Positions 9,970-20,246 are shown, counted from the stretch's first letter. The stretch is DNA of 64,000 bases from Sedimentisphaeraceae bacterium JB056 (GCA_044440125.1 JBITAJ010000027.1:160001-224000), one strand, 5' to 3'. Program-made: numbers and translations. The notes: a model not told the origin generated them from the sequence alone.

Positions 9970-11070
9970 ATGTTTTCAAAAGAGCAAATGCTTACACAGG
10001 CGGTAGAGTTAGGGGCAAGTGACGTCCATGTGAATGTTGGGATGCCGCCTGTTATACGCAAGAACACTGAGCTTTTCAAAATGGAATTGCCGGAGGTTAC
10101 CTCCGAGCATGCAGAGGATCTCGTGTCATCAATGATCGACGAGAAGGAGTGGGAGACGCTCAAGGAGGTGCGAGACATTGATTTTGCTACGATGATAGAT
10201 AGTGGTACAAGATTTCGTGTCAATGTCCACTATCAAAAAGGTGAGCTTGCAATTGCTTTTCGTGTTATTAATAATGACATACTGCCTCTGAGTGTCTTGG
10301 AGCTGCCTGATATTATTGGTCAGCTTATCGAAGTTCCCAGAGGATTAGTTCTTGTTACAGGACCTACCGGTTCTGGTAAAAGTACAACTCTTGCATCAAT
10401 GATAAACCGTATTAATGAGATAAGCTCAAAGAGGATAATAACTCTCGAAGATCCTATAGAGTATATGTTTGAGAATAACAGATGCCAGATAGAACAGCGA
10501 GAGGTCGGCAGGGATGTTCCGGCATTTGCCTCGGGTCTTAAGCATAGTTTACGTCAGGACCCGGATATTATTCTTGTTGGTGAGATGCGAGACCTTGAGA
10601 CCACATCAGCGGCAATAACTGCCGCTGAGACTGGTCACCTTGTATTAAGTACACTTCATACTATCAATGCTACCCAGACTATAGAACGAATTGTCGATAT
10701 TTACCCTGACGGACAGCAGGAGCAGATAAGAAGCCTTCTTGCTAATACATTGAAGGCAGTTATATCGCAAACTCTTTTCAAACGCAAGGACAGGCCAGGG
10801 ATGGTGCCTTGCGTTGAAATACTGATTGCTAATTCTGCCGTAAAGAACTGTATTAGGGAAAACAGGCTTCATGAAATGCCTAACCTTATACAGACTGCAC
10901 GCCAGATAGGTATGCAGACACTTGACGGCAGTATCGCTGAGATGTTTTTCAGAGGACTTATACATAAAAAAGATGCTATTGCCAAGTCGGCAAATCAGGC
11001 TCAGATGGTAAAAGTGCTTGGAAGTGTGCAGGATAACCAGAATAACACTTCAATGCCAAGAATATACTAA
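9970..11070 (+). CDS. pilT: Pilus retraction ATPase PilT
   Basis: GPTGSGKSTT, TLEDPIE, LRQDPDIILVGEMRD, AETGHLVLSTLHT, AVKNCIRE (AIRNLIRE-like), GMQT. Confidence 0.93.
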   Translation: MFSKEQMLTQAVELGASDVHVNVGMPPVIRKNTELFKMELPEVTSEHAEDLVSSMIDEKEWETLKEVRDIDFATMIDSGTRFRVNVHYQKGELAIAFRVINNDILPLSVLELPDIIGQLIEVPRGLVLVTGPTGSGKSTTLASMINRINEISSKRIITLEDPIEYMFENNRCQIEQREVGRDVPAFASGLKHSLRQDPDIILVGEMRDLETTSAAITAAETGHLVLSTLHTINATQTIERIVDIYPDGQQEQIRSLLANTLKAVISQTLFKRKDRPGMVPCVEILIANSAVKNCIRENRLHEMPNLIQTARQIGMQTLDGSIAEMFFRGLIHKKDAIAKSANQAQMVKVLGSVQDNQNNTSMPRIY

Positions 11071-11094
11071 ATTCATTGCTTCTCTCAAATCTTA

Positions 11095-11131
11095 TGCGGC
11101 AAATAGAACCTCGCTATTTGCCGCAATTTTT
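11095..11131 (+). terminator. Intrinsic terminator of pilus operon
   Basis: TGCGGCAAATAG/CTATTTGCCGCA 12-bp stem plus T tract. Confidence 0.8.
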
Positions 11132-11295
11132 ATTTATAGTCTTAACTGTATCTTTTGTATAGGTTTCAGTATCCATTTGTTTCCCTATTACTCCATTTAA
11201 GCTTGCTTTTTGCAGGTTTATTAATTAATATTAGACGTATGTAGCGGAGTTTGCCTTATTTAGGTGTTAAAAAGAATATTTAGAAAGGATCGGAC

Positions 11296-12105
11296 ATGGA
11301 GAATTCTGTAGAAAGTATTAAGCTTGTAATTACTACCTATGGTTTGAGGGTACTTATAGGTATTGCCCTGTTTTTTGTTGGTAAATGGTTGAGTAAGTTC
11401 ATTTCAGAGCGTACATCAGCTTATATGCTTAAAAAGCAGGTCAATCAAACATTATCACATTTTGTCAAACAGATACTTTATGTCGCTCTATTGGTCTGTG
11501 TTGTTATTGGAGTATTGCAGTATATAGGTATTCCTACGGCACAGTTCGTAGTTGTTTTGGGTTCTGCGGGTTTGGCTATAGGTCTGGCTATGAAAGATAC
11601 GCTTTCGAATTTTGCAGCCGGACTCATGCTTACCACTCTGAGGCCGTTTAACATCGGTGATTACGTTGAAGTCAGCGGAAAGGGTGGTACCGTTGTTTCG
11701 ATACATCTTCTAAGTACCATACTCAATACGCCTGACAATGTAAGAGTAGTTGTGCCTAATGGAAAAATACTGGCTGATAACATATCTAACTATACAGTTA
11801 ATGGCAAGCGAAGGATTGTTATAAATGTAGGCGTATCCTATGATGATGATCTGCAGAAGGTGACGGAAACCTTGATGGGACTGCTCAAGTCTGATGAACG
11901 TATATTAGAGGATCCGGCTCCTGTTGTAGCTGTCACTGAGTTTGGCGACAGTTCTATAAACATAGTTGTAAGGCCGTGGGCGACAGTCGCTGACTACTGG
12001 AATGTGTATTTTGATCTGCATAAAAAGATTAAAACAACCTTTGATGAGAATGATATTACAATTCCTTTCCCTCAGAGAGTTGTTCATATGCAGAATCAAG
12101 AATAA
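11296..12105 (+). CDS. mscS: Small-conductance mechanosensitive channel
   Basis: GSAGLAIGLAMKDTLSNFAAG, RPFNIGD, VPNG, IPFPQR. Confidence 0.93.
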   Translation: MENSVESIKLVITTYGLRVLIGIALFFVGKWLSKFISERTSAYMLKKQVNQTLSHFVKQILYVALLVCVVIGVLQYIGIPTAQFVVVLGSAGLAIGLAMKDTLSNFAAGLMLTTLRPFNIGDYVEVSGKGGTVVSIHLLSTILNTPDNVRVVVPNGKILADNISNYTVNGKRRIVINVGVSYDDDLQKVTETLMGLLKSDERILEDPAPVVAVTEFGDSSINIVVRPWATVADYWNVYFDLHKKIKTTFDENDITIPFPQRVVHMQNQE

Positions 12106-12143
12106 ATAAAAATGTAAATAGGAAGATAGAGAGAATTTTTAGC

Positions 12144-13157
12144 ATGCTCAAGAAAATTTGTGTAGCGGTTTTGATGTTTGCCGCATTTTGTTTCGCAGAT
12201 AAAGTATATCTGATTAATGGGGATATTGTAAGTGGAAATATTAAAACTGCTGCCGGGGGTAACCTTGTCGTAGCCTCTGAGTTCTTTGGAGAAGTGAAGA
12301 TTGATATTTCGAAAGTCAAGACATTTGAGACTGACGAGCCATTGCCTCTTCACCTCACTGACGGTTCTGTCTTGAATCATAAGGTTATTGCGAGTTCTGA
12401 CGGTCAGATAGCTACAGAAGCAGAGGTTGGCTCTGACCAAACCATTAAACTTAAAGATATTGAGACTATTAATCCTGCTTCGCCCCAAGAGCCGAGATGG
12501 AAGGGCTCGGTTAAGGGAGGTTTGTTCTATAGCTCCGGTAATACGCGAAAGGATTCGTATAATTTAGGTTTTTCATTCGATAAAGATACGGATAAAGACA
12601 GAACCAGCATCAAGGGTGATACGGTCAGGTCGCGAGAAGGTAATGATGACGGTGAAAAAGAGACAACAGAGGATTGGTGGAAGTTGTCTGCTAAATATGA
12701 TTACTTTTTGAGCAAAAAGACCTATGTTTACGGTAATACGCAATATAAGAAAGACAGCATAGCCGAGCTTGACAGACGAGTGATAATAGGTGGCGGTATA
12801 GGCCGTAAGTTCTTTGATAAGCCTGACTTGTTTACGCTTGACGGTGAGGTTGGTCTTGCATCTGTTTATGAAAAATATGAAGATCAGGAGTCAAGCAGTG
12901 AGATGTCGCTTCGTGCAGCTTACAATCTCTTCAAAAGGCTGAATAATAAGCTTGTGTTTATACATGGGCTTGAGTATTATCCTCAGATGGAAAGTTTCTC
13001 GGACTATTATCTCAGTTCTTTTGGCGAGTTAAAACTTGATGTTTCTTCTTCTATGTTTACAAGTTACAAAATAATATTCGATTATGATTCTACACCGGCA
13101 GAAGGTTCTGTCAGTACGGATGTTAAGCATCTGTTGAGTGTTGGACTGAATTTTTGA
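12144..13157 (+). CDS. DUF481/YdiY-like outer-membrane beta-barrel protein
   Basis: Signal peptide, SSGNT, KYDYFLS, GGGIG, C-terminal VGLNF. Confidence 0.75.
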   Translation: MLKKICVAVLMFAAFCFADKVYLINGDIVSGNIKTAAGGNLVVASEFFGEVKIDISKVKTFETDEPLPLHLTDGSVLNHKVIASSDGQIATEAEVGSDQTIKLKDIETINPASPQEPRWKGSVKGGLFYSSGNTRKDSYNLGFSFDKDTDKDRTSIKGDTVRSREGNDDGEKETTEDWWKLSAKYDYFLSKKTYVYGNTQYKKDSIAELDRRVIIGGGIGRKFFDKPDLFTLDGEVGLASVYEKYEDQESSSEMSLRAAYNLFKRLNNKLVFIHGLEYYPQMESFSDYYLSSFGELKLDVSSSMFTSYKIIFDYDSTPAEGSVSTDVKHLLSVGLNF

Positions 13158-13198
13158 TTGATTCTTAATGCTTAGGATCTTGTTTAGAGGAGTTTGTA

Positions 13199-13984
13199 AT
13201 GAAAAAAATAAGTGTACTTCTTCTATCATTGATATTAAGTTGCTTTGTATGTTCATGCAGTGATGTCGTTATAAGCGGCAGGTCGCGGCTGAATTTTGTG
13301 CCTGATAAACAAATAAACCAGATGGCAGAGCAGTCATATGAGCAGTTCCTTTCGGATAATGCGCAACTGCTCAACAAAGATGCCCAGAATACTCAGCTTG
13401 TTCGTAAAGTTGGTAATAATATAAAACAGGCTGTCGAAGAATATTTGGTTGAGAATGGTATGGAAGATGAGGTGGCCAATTATAATTGGGAATTCAATCT
13501 TGTCGAGTCTGAGCAGGTCAATGCCTGGGCAATGCCTGGCGGCAAGGTAGTTGTTTATACCGGAATATTACCTTACACTCAGAACGAATCCGGCCTTGCA
13601 GTGGTAATGGCTCATGAGGTAGCCCATGCGGTAGCTAAACATGGCGCTGAGCAGATGTCACAAGATCTCCTGCTTCAGGTCGGTGGTACTATGCTCGATG
13701 AATACGGTGCTTCAGATACATTTCTCAGGGCATTTTCTATCGGTTCAACGTATGGGCTAAAGCTTCCGTACAGTCGTACGCACGAATACGAAGCGGATCA
13801 TTTAGGTCTTGTATTTATGGCTATGGCGGGTTACGATCCTAAAGAAGCCCCAAGGTTCTGGCAGCGCATGAGCCAGGGCTCCGGCGGAGGTGTGCCTGAA
13901 TTCATGAGTACTCATCCGCTTGATGAGAACAGGATAGAGAGACTGAATGGTCTTATGGATGAAGCGTATCAGTATATGAAATGA
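13199..13984 (+). CDS. M48-family Zn metalloprotease (lipoprotein)
   Basis: VNAWAMPGGK, HEVAH, YSRTHEYEAD, STHP. Confidence 0.9.
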   Translation: MKKISVLLLSLILSCFVCSCSDVVISGRSRLNFVPDKQINQMAEQSYEQFLSDNAQLLNKDAQNTQLVRKVGNNIKQAVEEYLVENGMEDEVANYNWEFNLVESEQVNAWAMPGGKVVVYTGILPYTQNESGLAVVMAHEVAHAVAKHGAEQMSQDLLLQVGGTMLDEYGASDTFLRAFSIGSTYGLKLPYSRTHEYEADHLGLVFMAMAGYDPKEAPRFWQRMSQGSGGGVPEFMSTHPLDENRIERLNGLMDEAYQYMK

Positions 13985-14097
13985 CACTGAGTCTTAAGTT
14001 CTTGACTCATTGTTGTTTATGTGTATTTGTAGATTGTTTTAATATTTTTTGGTTTTTCAGCAATAAAAAGAGCATTCATGTCGTCTATAAAGGTGAA

Positions 14098-14658
14098 ATG
14101 CGATTGAAAGATGATCAGGAAACATTAGAAGATATTGTAGACGGCTGTCGTAAAGGTGATAATAGTGCCTTCAGTTCTCTAATTGACCGATATTCAAATC
14201 GTTTTTACGGCTACTTTTATTCGCATACGTTTGACAGGCAAGTAAGCGATGACTTGCTGAGTGAGTTCTATCTGAAAATTGTAAAAAGTATAAAGAATTA
14301 CAGGGATGGATCATTCGAGGCGTGGCTGCAGAGTGTTGCTTCAAGTGTTTATTACGATTATCTCCGAAAGCATATAAGGCAGAGAGATGAGAATATAAAG
14401 TACTGTGAAGAAATGTCTTACCTTGATGACTGTGAAGAATCTCAAACTCAGGACATTATTGAACAGCAGTCAGATGACATTAAAAAGGCATTGCAGGAAT
14501 TAGATAATGACAGCCGTGAACTTATATCTATGCGTTATTTTTCAGATATGAGCTTTAAGGAAATCGCCGAGGCGACGCAAAGGCCGATAGGTACTGTTTT
14601 GGCGAAGATACATCGCGGAATATCTAAACTTAAGAAAATTCTGGATGTGGAAAAATGA
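14098..14658 (+). CDS. ECF RNA polymerase sigma factor
   Basis: Region 2 (FEAWL) and region 4 (MSFKEIAE..PIGTVLAKIHRG); AAGGTG RBS before ATG 14098. Confidence 0.88.
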   Translation: MRLKDDQETLEDIVDGCRKGDNSAFSSLIDRYSNRFYGYFYSHTFDRQVSDDLLSEFYLKIVKSIKNYRDGSFEAWLQSVASSVYYDYLRKHIRQRDENIKYCEEMSYLDDCEESQTQDIIEQQSDDIKKALQELDNDSRELISMRYFSDMSFKEIAEATQRPIGTVLAKIHRGISKLKKILDVEK

Positions 14659-15176
14659 AAGAATCATTAAAAGATATCAAAAAAATTACAAGTCAGATAT
14701 ATCCTCCTGCAGGTGCAGAACGGATAGCTTCTGAGCTGTATGATGCAGATAATAAGCTTCAGGGTAAGTTTCCGGATGTCGGGCCAAATAAGCTTCTTAT
14801 TGAAGCGATAAAGGCCGATGTTGCGGGGCAGCTCAAATCTCAAAAACAGAAGAGAGTATGGGGGCTTAGAATCACAGCGGTTGCGGCTTCTATTGCTATT
14901 TTATGTGGTTTTGTTGTAAAGTTTTACGTTTTCAACCAAGATGATGTTGCTCCTGTTGAATCAGGCACTGTAGCTGTTGTTGAATCAAATATACAGCCTG
15001 AGGTCGTTACAATGAGTTGGGACCAGAATGATGAGCTTACATTGCTTAGTGCAAAGCTTGATAACATTGAGACCGCATTTTATGAAAATGATGATGACTC
15101 TTTTGATAGCGATACACTGCTTATAGAGGTTGAGTCACAAGTCACTGAGTTAAAAGGACTATTCTGGAAAGGATAA
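14655..15176 (+). CDS. Putative single-pass anti-sigma factor
   Basis: ATGA overlap with ECF sigma; one TM (AVAASIAIL). Confidence 0.55.
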   Translation: MKESLKDIKKITSQIYPPAGAERIASELYDADNKLQGKFPDVGPNKLLIEAIKADVAGQLKSQKQKRVWGLRITAVAASIAILCGFVVKFYVFNQDDVAPVESGTVAVVESNIQPEVVTMSWDQNDELTLLSAKLDNIETAFYENDDDSFDSDTLLIEVESQVTELKGLFWKG

Positions 15177-15180
15177 TACC

Positions 15181-16128
15181 ATGAAAAAAATATTTATAGT
15201 GATTTTTACTGTTGTTCTTCTTATGCCTGTGATGTACCTGCAGGCTGAGCAGACAGAGACTGCGGAATTGCGAAATATCTTCGCAGAAGATGCTCGCGAT
15301 AAGCAGAATGAAAAGATGATTCAGTTTCTTGAGAGAGCAAATCCTGAGCGAGCTAAAGAGCTTAAGATGCTTAAGCAAGAAAATCCAGATCAATTTTACA
15401 AGGAAATGGATGCACTTGCGGAAAGAATGCGTGAGAAGCTGGAAAAATTTAAGAAAGAAAAAGAAAATGATGCCGTAACAAGAGCATCAGATAATGGTGA
15501 CTGGCAGCAGCCGAGAAGGCCTCGTAAAGACAACCAGCAAGAAGCAGGGCAGCAGCCAAAGTCTCCTCCGCCACCTGAATTTCATATGCAAAGGGATGGT
15601 CGCCAAGGTAAAGGGCGTAATTCCTATATGGAGGTCATGAAGAAACGCAATGAAGAGTTTCTTGAATGGCTGAATGAGAATTTTCCTGAGCAGGCAGAGA
15701 AGCTTTCTTTGGCTACTGAGGCAAATCCGGAAAGAGCATTTCGTGATATGATGCCTACGGTTATGATGTACCGTGATATATTCGAGACGGAAAAGAAAAA
15801 TCCTGAGCTTGCGGCTCTTATGAAACAGGATGTTGAACTCAAGCAGAGACGTAATGAAGTAGTTGAAAGACTCAGTATAACAGAGGGGAAAGAAGAAAGA
15901 GAAGAGCTTGCCGCTCATTTAGAAGACATAGTTGCTGCAAGATTTGACCTTATACTTGAAAAGCGTCAGATGAGATTCGATGAGCTAAGGCAGAGGCTTG
16001 CTGAGCTTGAGGAGCAGATTGCTAAGCAGCAATCGGATTTGCAGGAACTTAGTAAACAGCGAGATGCTCAGATAAAGAAGCGAGTTGATGAGCTTATGGC
16101 CGAGAAAGAACAGATGATTTGGGAGTGA
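15181..16128 (+). CDS. Exported coiled-coil hypothetical protein
   Basis: Signal peptide; highly charged helical sequence; co-transcribed with sigma/anti-sigma. Confidence 0.7.
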   Translation: MKKIFIVIFTVVLLMPVMYLQAEQTETAELRNIFAEDARDKQNEKMIQFLERANPERAKELKMLKQENPDQFYKEMDALAERMREKLEKFKKEKENDAVTRASDNGDWQQPRRPRKDNQQEAGQQPKSPPPPEFHMQRDGRQGKGRNSYMEVMKKRNEEFLEWLNENFPEQAEKLSLATEANPERAFRDMMPTVMMYRDIFETEKKNPELAALMKQDVELKQRRNEVVERLSITEGKEEREELAAHLEDIVAARFDLILEKRQMRFDELRQRLAELEEQIAKQQSDLQELSKQRDAQIKKRVDELMAEKEQMIWE

Positions 16129-16160
16129 TGGCTCAAACTGAATATTTCCTAAAATATATC

Positions 16161-16199
16161 AAAAACCGATCGAATTCATAAATTTGGTCGGTTTTTTTT
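16161..16199 (+). terminator. Intrinsic terminator
   Basis: ACCGATCGAATT-cata-AATTTGGTCGGT plus T8. Confidence 0.8.
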
Positions 16200-16362
16200 G
16201 TTTTTAAAGCATATAATAGCAATATAGGAGTTGTTTATCACAAGATTGTTAAAGTAAAGCCTGAAAAATTTATATATACTCAGTTTAGAAGATACGAATA
16301 CTGATTAGGGAATCAAGTAAGAAAAACGTAAACGTAAAATGGTATTTTATAAGGAGTACATT

Positions 16363-17739
16363 ATGAACGGCGTATTAACAATCAAAGAATTGGGTGATTT
16401 TATTTACGGCAAAGCACCTCATCCAGTAAAATGCGGCAATGGTGTAGTTATTGGAGGCGGGCGTGTTGTTCCGGAGATAAATTTCACGTTGCCATCGATG
16501 AATATCAACGAGTCGACCTGGAAGCAGGTTCGGGTTGAGTATGAAAATATGATTGATGGAATACTCAAACGGTCGGTTGAACTTCATCTGCCTCAGCTTC
16601 TTGTTGAGTTCGAAACTCTTCCTGAGATGACAACCAATTATGAGTGGGGGCTTGAGATAACCAAGATTCTTGCTGACAAAATGGAAGAGGCGTACCAGAA
16701 GCATTCCCTCAAAAGCGCACTTCGTCTGACTATAAATGATGTAAGAGAGTTTAACAGGCCTCCGATAATGCGCAGTGGAAAATATTGGGATGCAATGCTT
16801 AATTTCATGGATAACGCCTCAGCCAATGGTGCAGATCTGCTTGCAATAGAATCTACGGGTGGTAAAGAGGTTTGTGATGAAGCTCTTGTTATGGCTGATA
16901 TAAACAGTGTGATTTTTGCTCTTGGCGTCCTTGGTGCAAGGGATATGGAGTTTTTATGGAGACACATTGTAGATGCCTGCAATCGAACGGGTGTAGTGCC
17001 AAGCGGTGACTCTGCTTGCGGGTTTGCTAATACAGCTATGGTTCTTGCTGAGCAGCGGATGATACCGTCTGTATTTGCCGCTTTGGTAAGGGTTATGGCT
17101 GTTCCGAGAAGCTTGGTCGCTATTACTCAGGGAGCAAAGGGACCTACAAAAGACTGTGCTTATGAAGGCCCATTTATAAAGGCAATAAGCGGTGTGCCTA
17201 TCTCAATGGAAGGCAGAACTGCCGCCTGTGCACACCTTTCACCTGTTGGGAATGTGAGTCAGGCTGTTTGTGACTGCTGGTCAAATGAATCGGTTCAGAA
17301 TATTAAGCTTCTAAGTGCTGCGGCTCCGACGGTATCTCTTGAACAGCTTGCTTATGACTGCCGCTTGCTTGAGGCAGCTCAAAACAGTTCAGATGCCGAT
17401 GCTGCCAAGCTTCGTGATTGGTTGACTGATTCTGACTCAAAGCTTAATCCTCAGGCATATGTCCTTCGTCCTGACACTGTCTTGAAGCTAAGCGAAAAGA
17501 TTATTGCTACAGATGATCCATATGAGCAGACTGTTATAGCTGCCCGCGAGACTTATCAGGTAATAAAAGAAGCCGGAGAGGCCGGCCAGATAGACCTCAA
17601 TGATAATGACAGGAAATGGCTCAATATTCTTGATATGCAGCTGCAGATGATACCGGATTCCGAAGATAAGCTGATCGATGAAATGCTTGCAAGACCTGAT
17701 ATAAAGGATAAATTCCTTCCACAAGAATACGGTATATAA
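16363..17739 (+). CDS. mtaB: Methanol:corrinoid methyltransferase MtaB-family protein
   Basis: IESTGGKE, GDSACGFANTA, GPTKDCAYE, EGRTAACAH, WSNESV motifs; AAGGAG RBS before ATG 16363. Confidence 0.82.
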   Translation: MNGVLTIKELGDFIYGKAPHPVKCGNGVVIGGGRVVPEINFTLPSMNINESTWKQVRVEYENMIDGILKRSVELHLPQLLVEFETLPEMTTNYEWGLEITKILADKMEEAYQKHSLKSALRLTINDVREFNRPPIMRSGKYWDAMLNFMDNASANGADLLAIESTGGKEVCDEALVMADINSVIFALGVLGARDMEFLWRHIVDACNRTGVVPSGDSACGFANTAMVLAEQRMIPSVFAALVRVMAVPRSLVAITQGAKGPTKDCAYEGPFIKAISGVPISMEGRTAACAHLSPVGNVSQAVCDCWSNESVQNIKLLSAAAPTVSLEQLAYDCRLLEAAQNSSDADAAKLRDWLTDSDSKLNPQAYVLRPDTVLKLSEKIIATDDPYEQTVIAARETYQVIKEAGEAGQIDLNDNDRKWLNILDMQLQMIPDSEDKLIDEMLARPDIKDKFLPQEYGI

Positions 17740-17747
17740 TTAGTGTT

Positions 17748-17785
17748 AAAAGGGTTCTGGTTTGAAAATATCAGGGCCCTTTTTT
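17748..17785. terminator. Bidirectional terminator between convergent mtaB and apbE
   Basis: AAAAGGGTTCTGG...TCAGGGCCCTTTTT. Confidence 0.7.
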
Positions 17786-18812
17786 ATTGCAGAAACTGAT
17801 CCATTCCGGCGGTCTTGATTATTTCATCCTGTGAAGTGATCATCAAAGCCTCAATATCAGGCATTTCCTCGATCATGGTTTTACCTTTGTCTTTACCCAA
17901 GACAGTGACAGCCGTGGCGAGAGCATCGGCGGTTGTTGCATCTTTGGCGATTATGCTTACGCTGTGAAGTTCTTTCGCAGATGAGCTTGTCGTAGGGTCT
18001 ATTATGTGGTTTATCTTTTCGCTCCCTATCATGAAGAAACGATAATAATCTCCACTGGTGGTTATCGCCATGTCGTTTAGGGATAGTTGCATTATAACAT
18101 CCTCTCCTTCTGCAAGCTTAGGATTTTGCAGTCCTATCTTCCAGCTGTCTTTACCCTGAGGGGGCGTACCGAAACACCTGATGTCTCCGCCCGCATCAAC
18201 AAGAGCTCCTTGCATATTAAGTTCTTTGAGCTTATCGATTGCTTTATCAATAGCGTAACCTTTTGCTATTCCTCCAAGGTCTATTCGCATCCCTTCAATC
18301 TTGAACTTGATTGTAAGCTCTTGTTCATTTAGTATTAGATTTTGGGTTCCGGTCTTGTTCTTTGCTTCCTGGATTTCAGTGCTTGTGGGCCTTATGCCTG
18401 TTTCTGAGGCATGTTTCCACAGTTCGAGAACAGGAGAAATTGTGCAGTCGAAGGCCCCATCAGATATTTTGTTGACTTCTATGCTTTTCTTTATTAAGTT
18501 AAAAAGTTCTTCAGATATCTTTACAGGGTGTTCAAAAGCTGTTTTGTTAAGCATGCTTAGTTCAGAATCCTCATTGTAGTAGCTCATTTTCGCTTCTGTG
18601 TGCTGCATGCTTTTAATTGCATGGTTTATTGCTTCTCTGGCTTTACTTTCATCATATGCAACAACGGTTACACGAACAGTTGTACCCATTATTATATGTG
18701 TGCCGCTTGTTACTGCTATAGGCTGCCTTTTAGATAAAGCCAGAAACAATATTATTCCGACAATTAAACAGCTGATGATGTATTTAATATTCTGCCTGTT
18801 CTTTGAGGCCAT
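17784..18812 (-). CDS. apbE: FAD:protein FMN transferase ApbE
   Basis: MGT, IDLGGIAKGYAID, DAGGD, TTSGDYYR, HIIDP, ADALATA. Confidence 0.93.
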   Translation of the reverse strand: MASKNRQNIKYIISCLIVGIILFLALSKRQPIAVTSGTHIIMGTTVRVTVVAYDESKAREAINHAIKSMQHTEAKMSYYNEDSELSMLNKTAFEHPVKISEELFNLIKKSIEVNKISDGAFDCTISPVLELWKHASETGIRPTSTEIQEAKNKTGTQNLILNEQELTIKFKIEGMRIDLGGIAKGYAIDKAIDKLKELNMQGALVDAGGDIRCFGTPPQGKDSWKIGLQNPKLAEGEDVIMQLSLNDMAITTSGDYYRFFMIGSEKINHIIDPTTSSSAKELHSVSIIAKDATTADALATAVTVLGKDKGKTMIEEMPDIEALMITSQDEIIKTAGMDQFLQ

Positions 18813-18923
18813 TTATAATTACTTCCGTTAAATCAAATTTATGAAATGTAGTAAATCTACAGGTATTATAAAAGACCAGATTTTAAGCTTTAATGAGTGA
18901 TTAACAATAAAAAAAGATGAGTG

Positions 18924-20246
18924 CTATATGAAAGCTCCCACTTTTTTGAGATTGTTTTGAAGTTCTGTTATATTTATGTCTCTCAAGTTTAAATTTCTAC
19001 TTGATGATATGGATGCCGCCATTCCCGCAGCCTGACCTGTTATAAAGCAGCCCGGCATTGTTCTTACGGAACTTTGCATATATCTGTCTGAGCATATGCA
19101 GCGTCCGGCAACAAGAAGGTTACTGAATCCTTTTACTATCAATGACCTGTAAGGGATTCCGTAATACTCACCTTTTTTGTAACGATATGTTTCGGTTTCC
19201 TTTGTGAATTTTTCCATATCTTTCTTGTCAGCAGTGGTAGGGTGGATATCAACCTCATAGCAGTAGCACCCGATTTGGTCTTCAAATTTGGAGCGGTCTA
19301 TGAAATCCTGTACCTTCATCTGATAGTCGCAATGAATACGCCTCGTTTCTCTTATGCCAAGCAGTGAGCCGCTTGCCGCTAACTCCATGTTTTCAAAGCC
19401 TTTAAAGTATCGCCTGTAATATTCCTGATATTCCGGCAGATATGAGCGGCCGATAATAAAAGCCTTGGTAAGAGACTTTTCGTCCGTGCCGTCAGTGCCG
19501 AAAGTGTGGCCAATATTACCTGAACCAAGAGTTTTTCCAGTGGGTGCAATTCCTGAATGGTGCCTGTCCTGAGTTGTGAATATTCCTTCTTCGAATGCTT
19601 TTTCGAGCATTTCTTTGTGGTTTCGTTTTTCGACAGGGCCGGCTGCCTGCCAGTCTATTGCTGCCCATAGACTGCAAAGTGTTCCGGGCATAAGGTTGCC
19701 TTCCTCATCTCCCTTATCGAATGCTGCACCCGCTCTGGCAGCCATATCGCCATCTCCGGTCGCATCTATGAATACAGATGCTTCTATGGCGAAAAGGCCT
19801 GATTTACCGTGACATATGGCGTATTTGATTTTATCTTCCTCTTTGGCTACATCTACGAGTGTTGTCATGAAAGAGAATTTCATGCCGCACTCTAAAGCTA
19901 TTTTATCGTATATCCTTTTAAGAGATTCAGCAGGAATTGTAAGGTACTTTCCTGATAAACTACCTCCATTGTCTAATACTTTATCATGTATCTCTTTACC
20001 GAAACCGTCGGCAAGAAAGTTTTGACCATCGCCGAACTGCATGAACATAGGCACATAGGCAGCTGTACCCATGCCTCCAAAACAACAGTGACCTTCAGCT
20101 AAGAATACTTTGCTTCCTTTTCGAGCCGCAGTGGCTGCTGCTGCTATTCCTGCAGGTCCGCCGCCGGCAATGAAGATGTCGTATTCGGCCCGTACCGGTA
20201 TGTTTTGTGAGTAATTTATAGAATGCATTTTTGAGAAATCCTTCAA
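18924..20246 (-). CDS. FAD-dependent oxidoreductase (FAD_oxidored family)
   Basis: GGGPAGIAAA, FIDATGDGD, GIRETRRI, YGIPYRSL, AGRCI, GQAAG. Confidence 0.88.
   Translation of the reverse strand: MKDFSKMHSINYSQNIPVRAEYDIFIAGGGPAGIAAAATAARKGSKVFLAEGHCCFGGMGTAAYVPMFMQFGDGQNFLADGFGKEIHDKVLDNGGSLSGKYLTIPAESLKRIYDKIALECGMKFSFMTTLVDVAKEEDKIKYAICHGKSGLFAIEASVFIDATGDGDMAARAGAAFDKGDEEGNLMPGTLCSLWAAIDWQAAGPVEKRNHKEMLEKAFEEGIFTTQDRHHSGIAPTGKTLGSGNIGHTFGTDGTDEKSLTKAFIIGRSYLPEYQEYYRRYFKGFENMELAASGSLLGIRETRRIHCDYQMKVQDFIDRSKFEDQIGCYCYEVDIHPTTADKKDMEKFTKETETYRYKKGEYYGIPYRSLIVKGFSNLLVAGRCICSDRYMQSSVRTMPGCFITGQAAGMAASISSSRNLNLRDINITELQNNLKKVGAFI

Noticed and set aside
13981..14097. 39-aa N-terminal extension of the ECF sigma ORF
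   Set aside because: Non-homologous-looking sequence; a better RBS precedes ATG 14098
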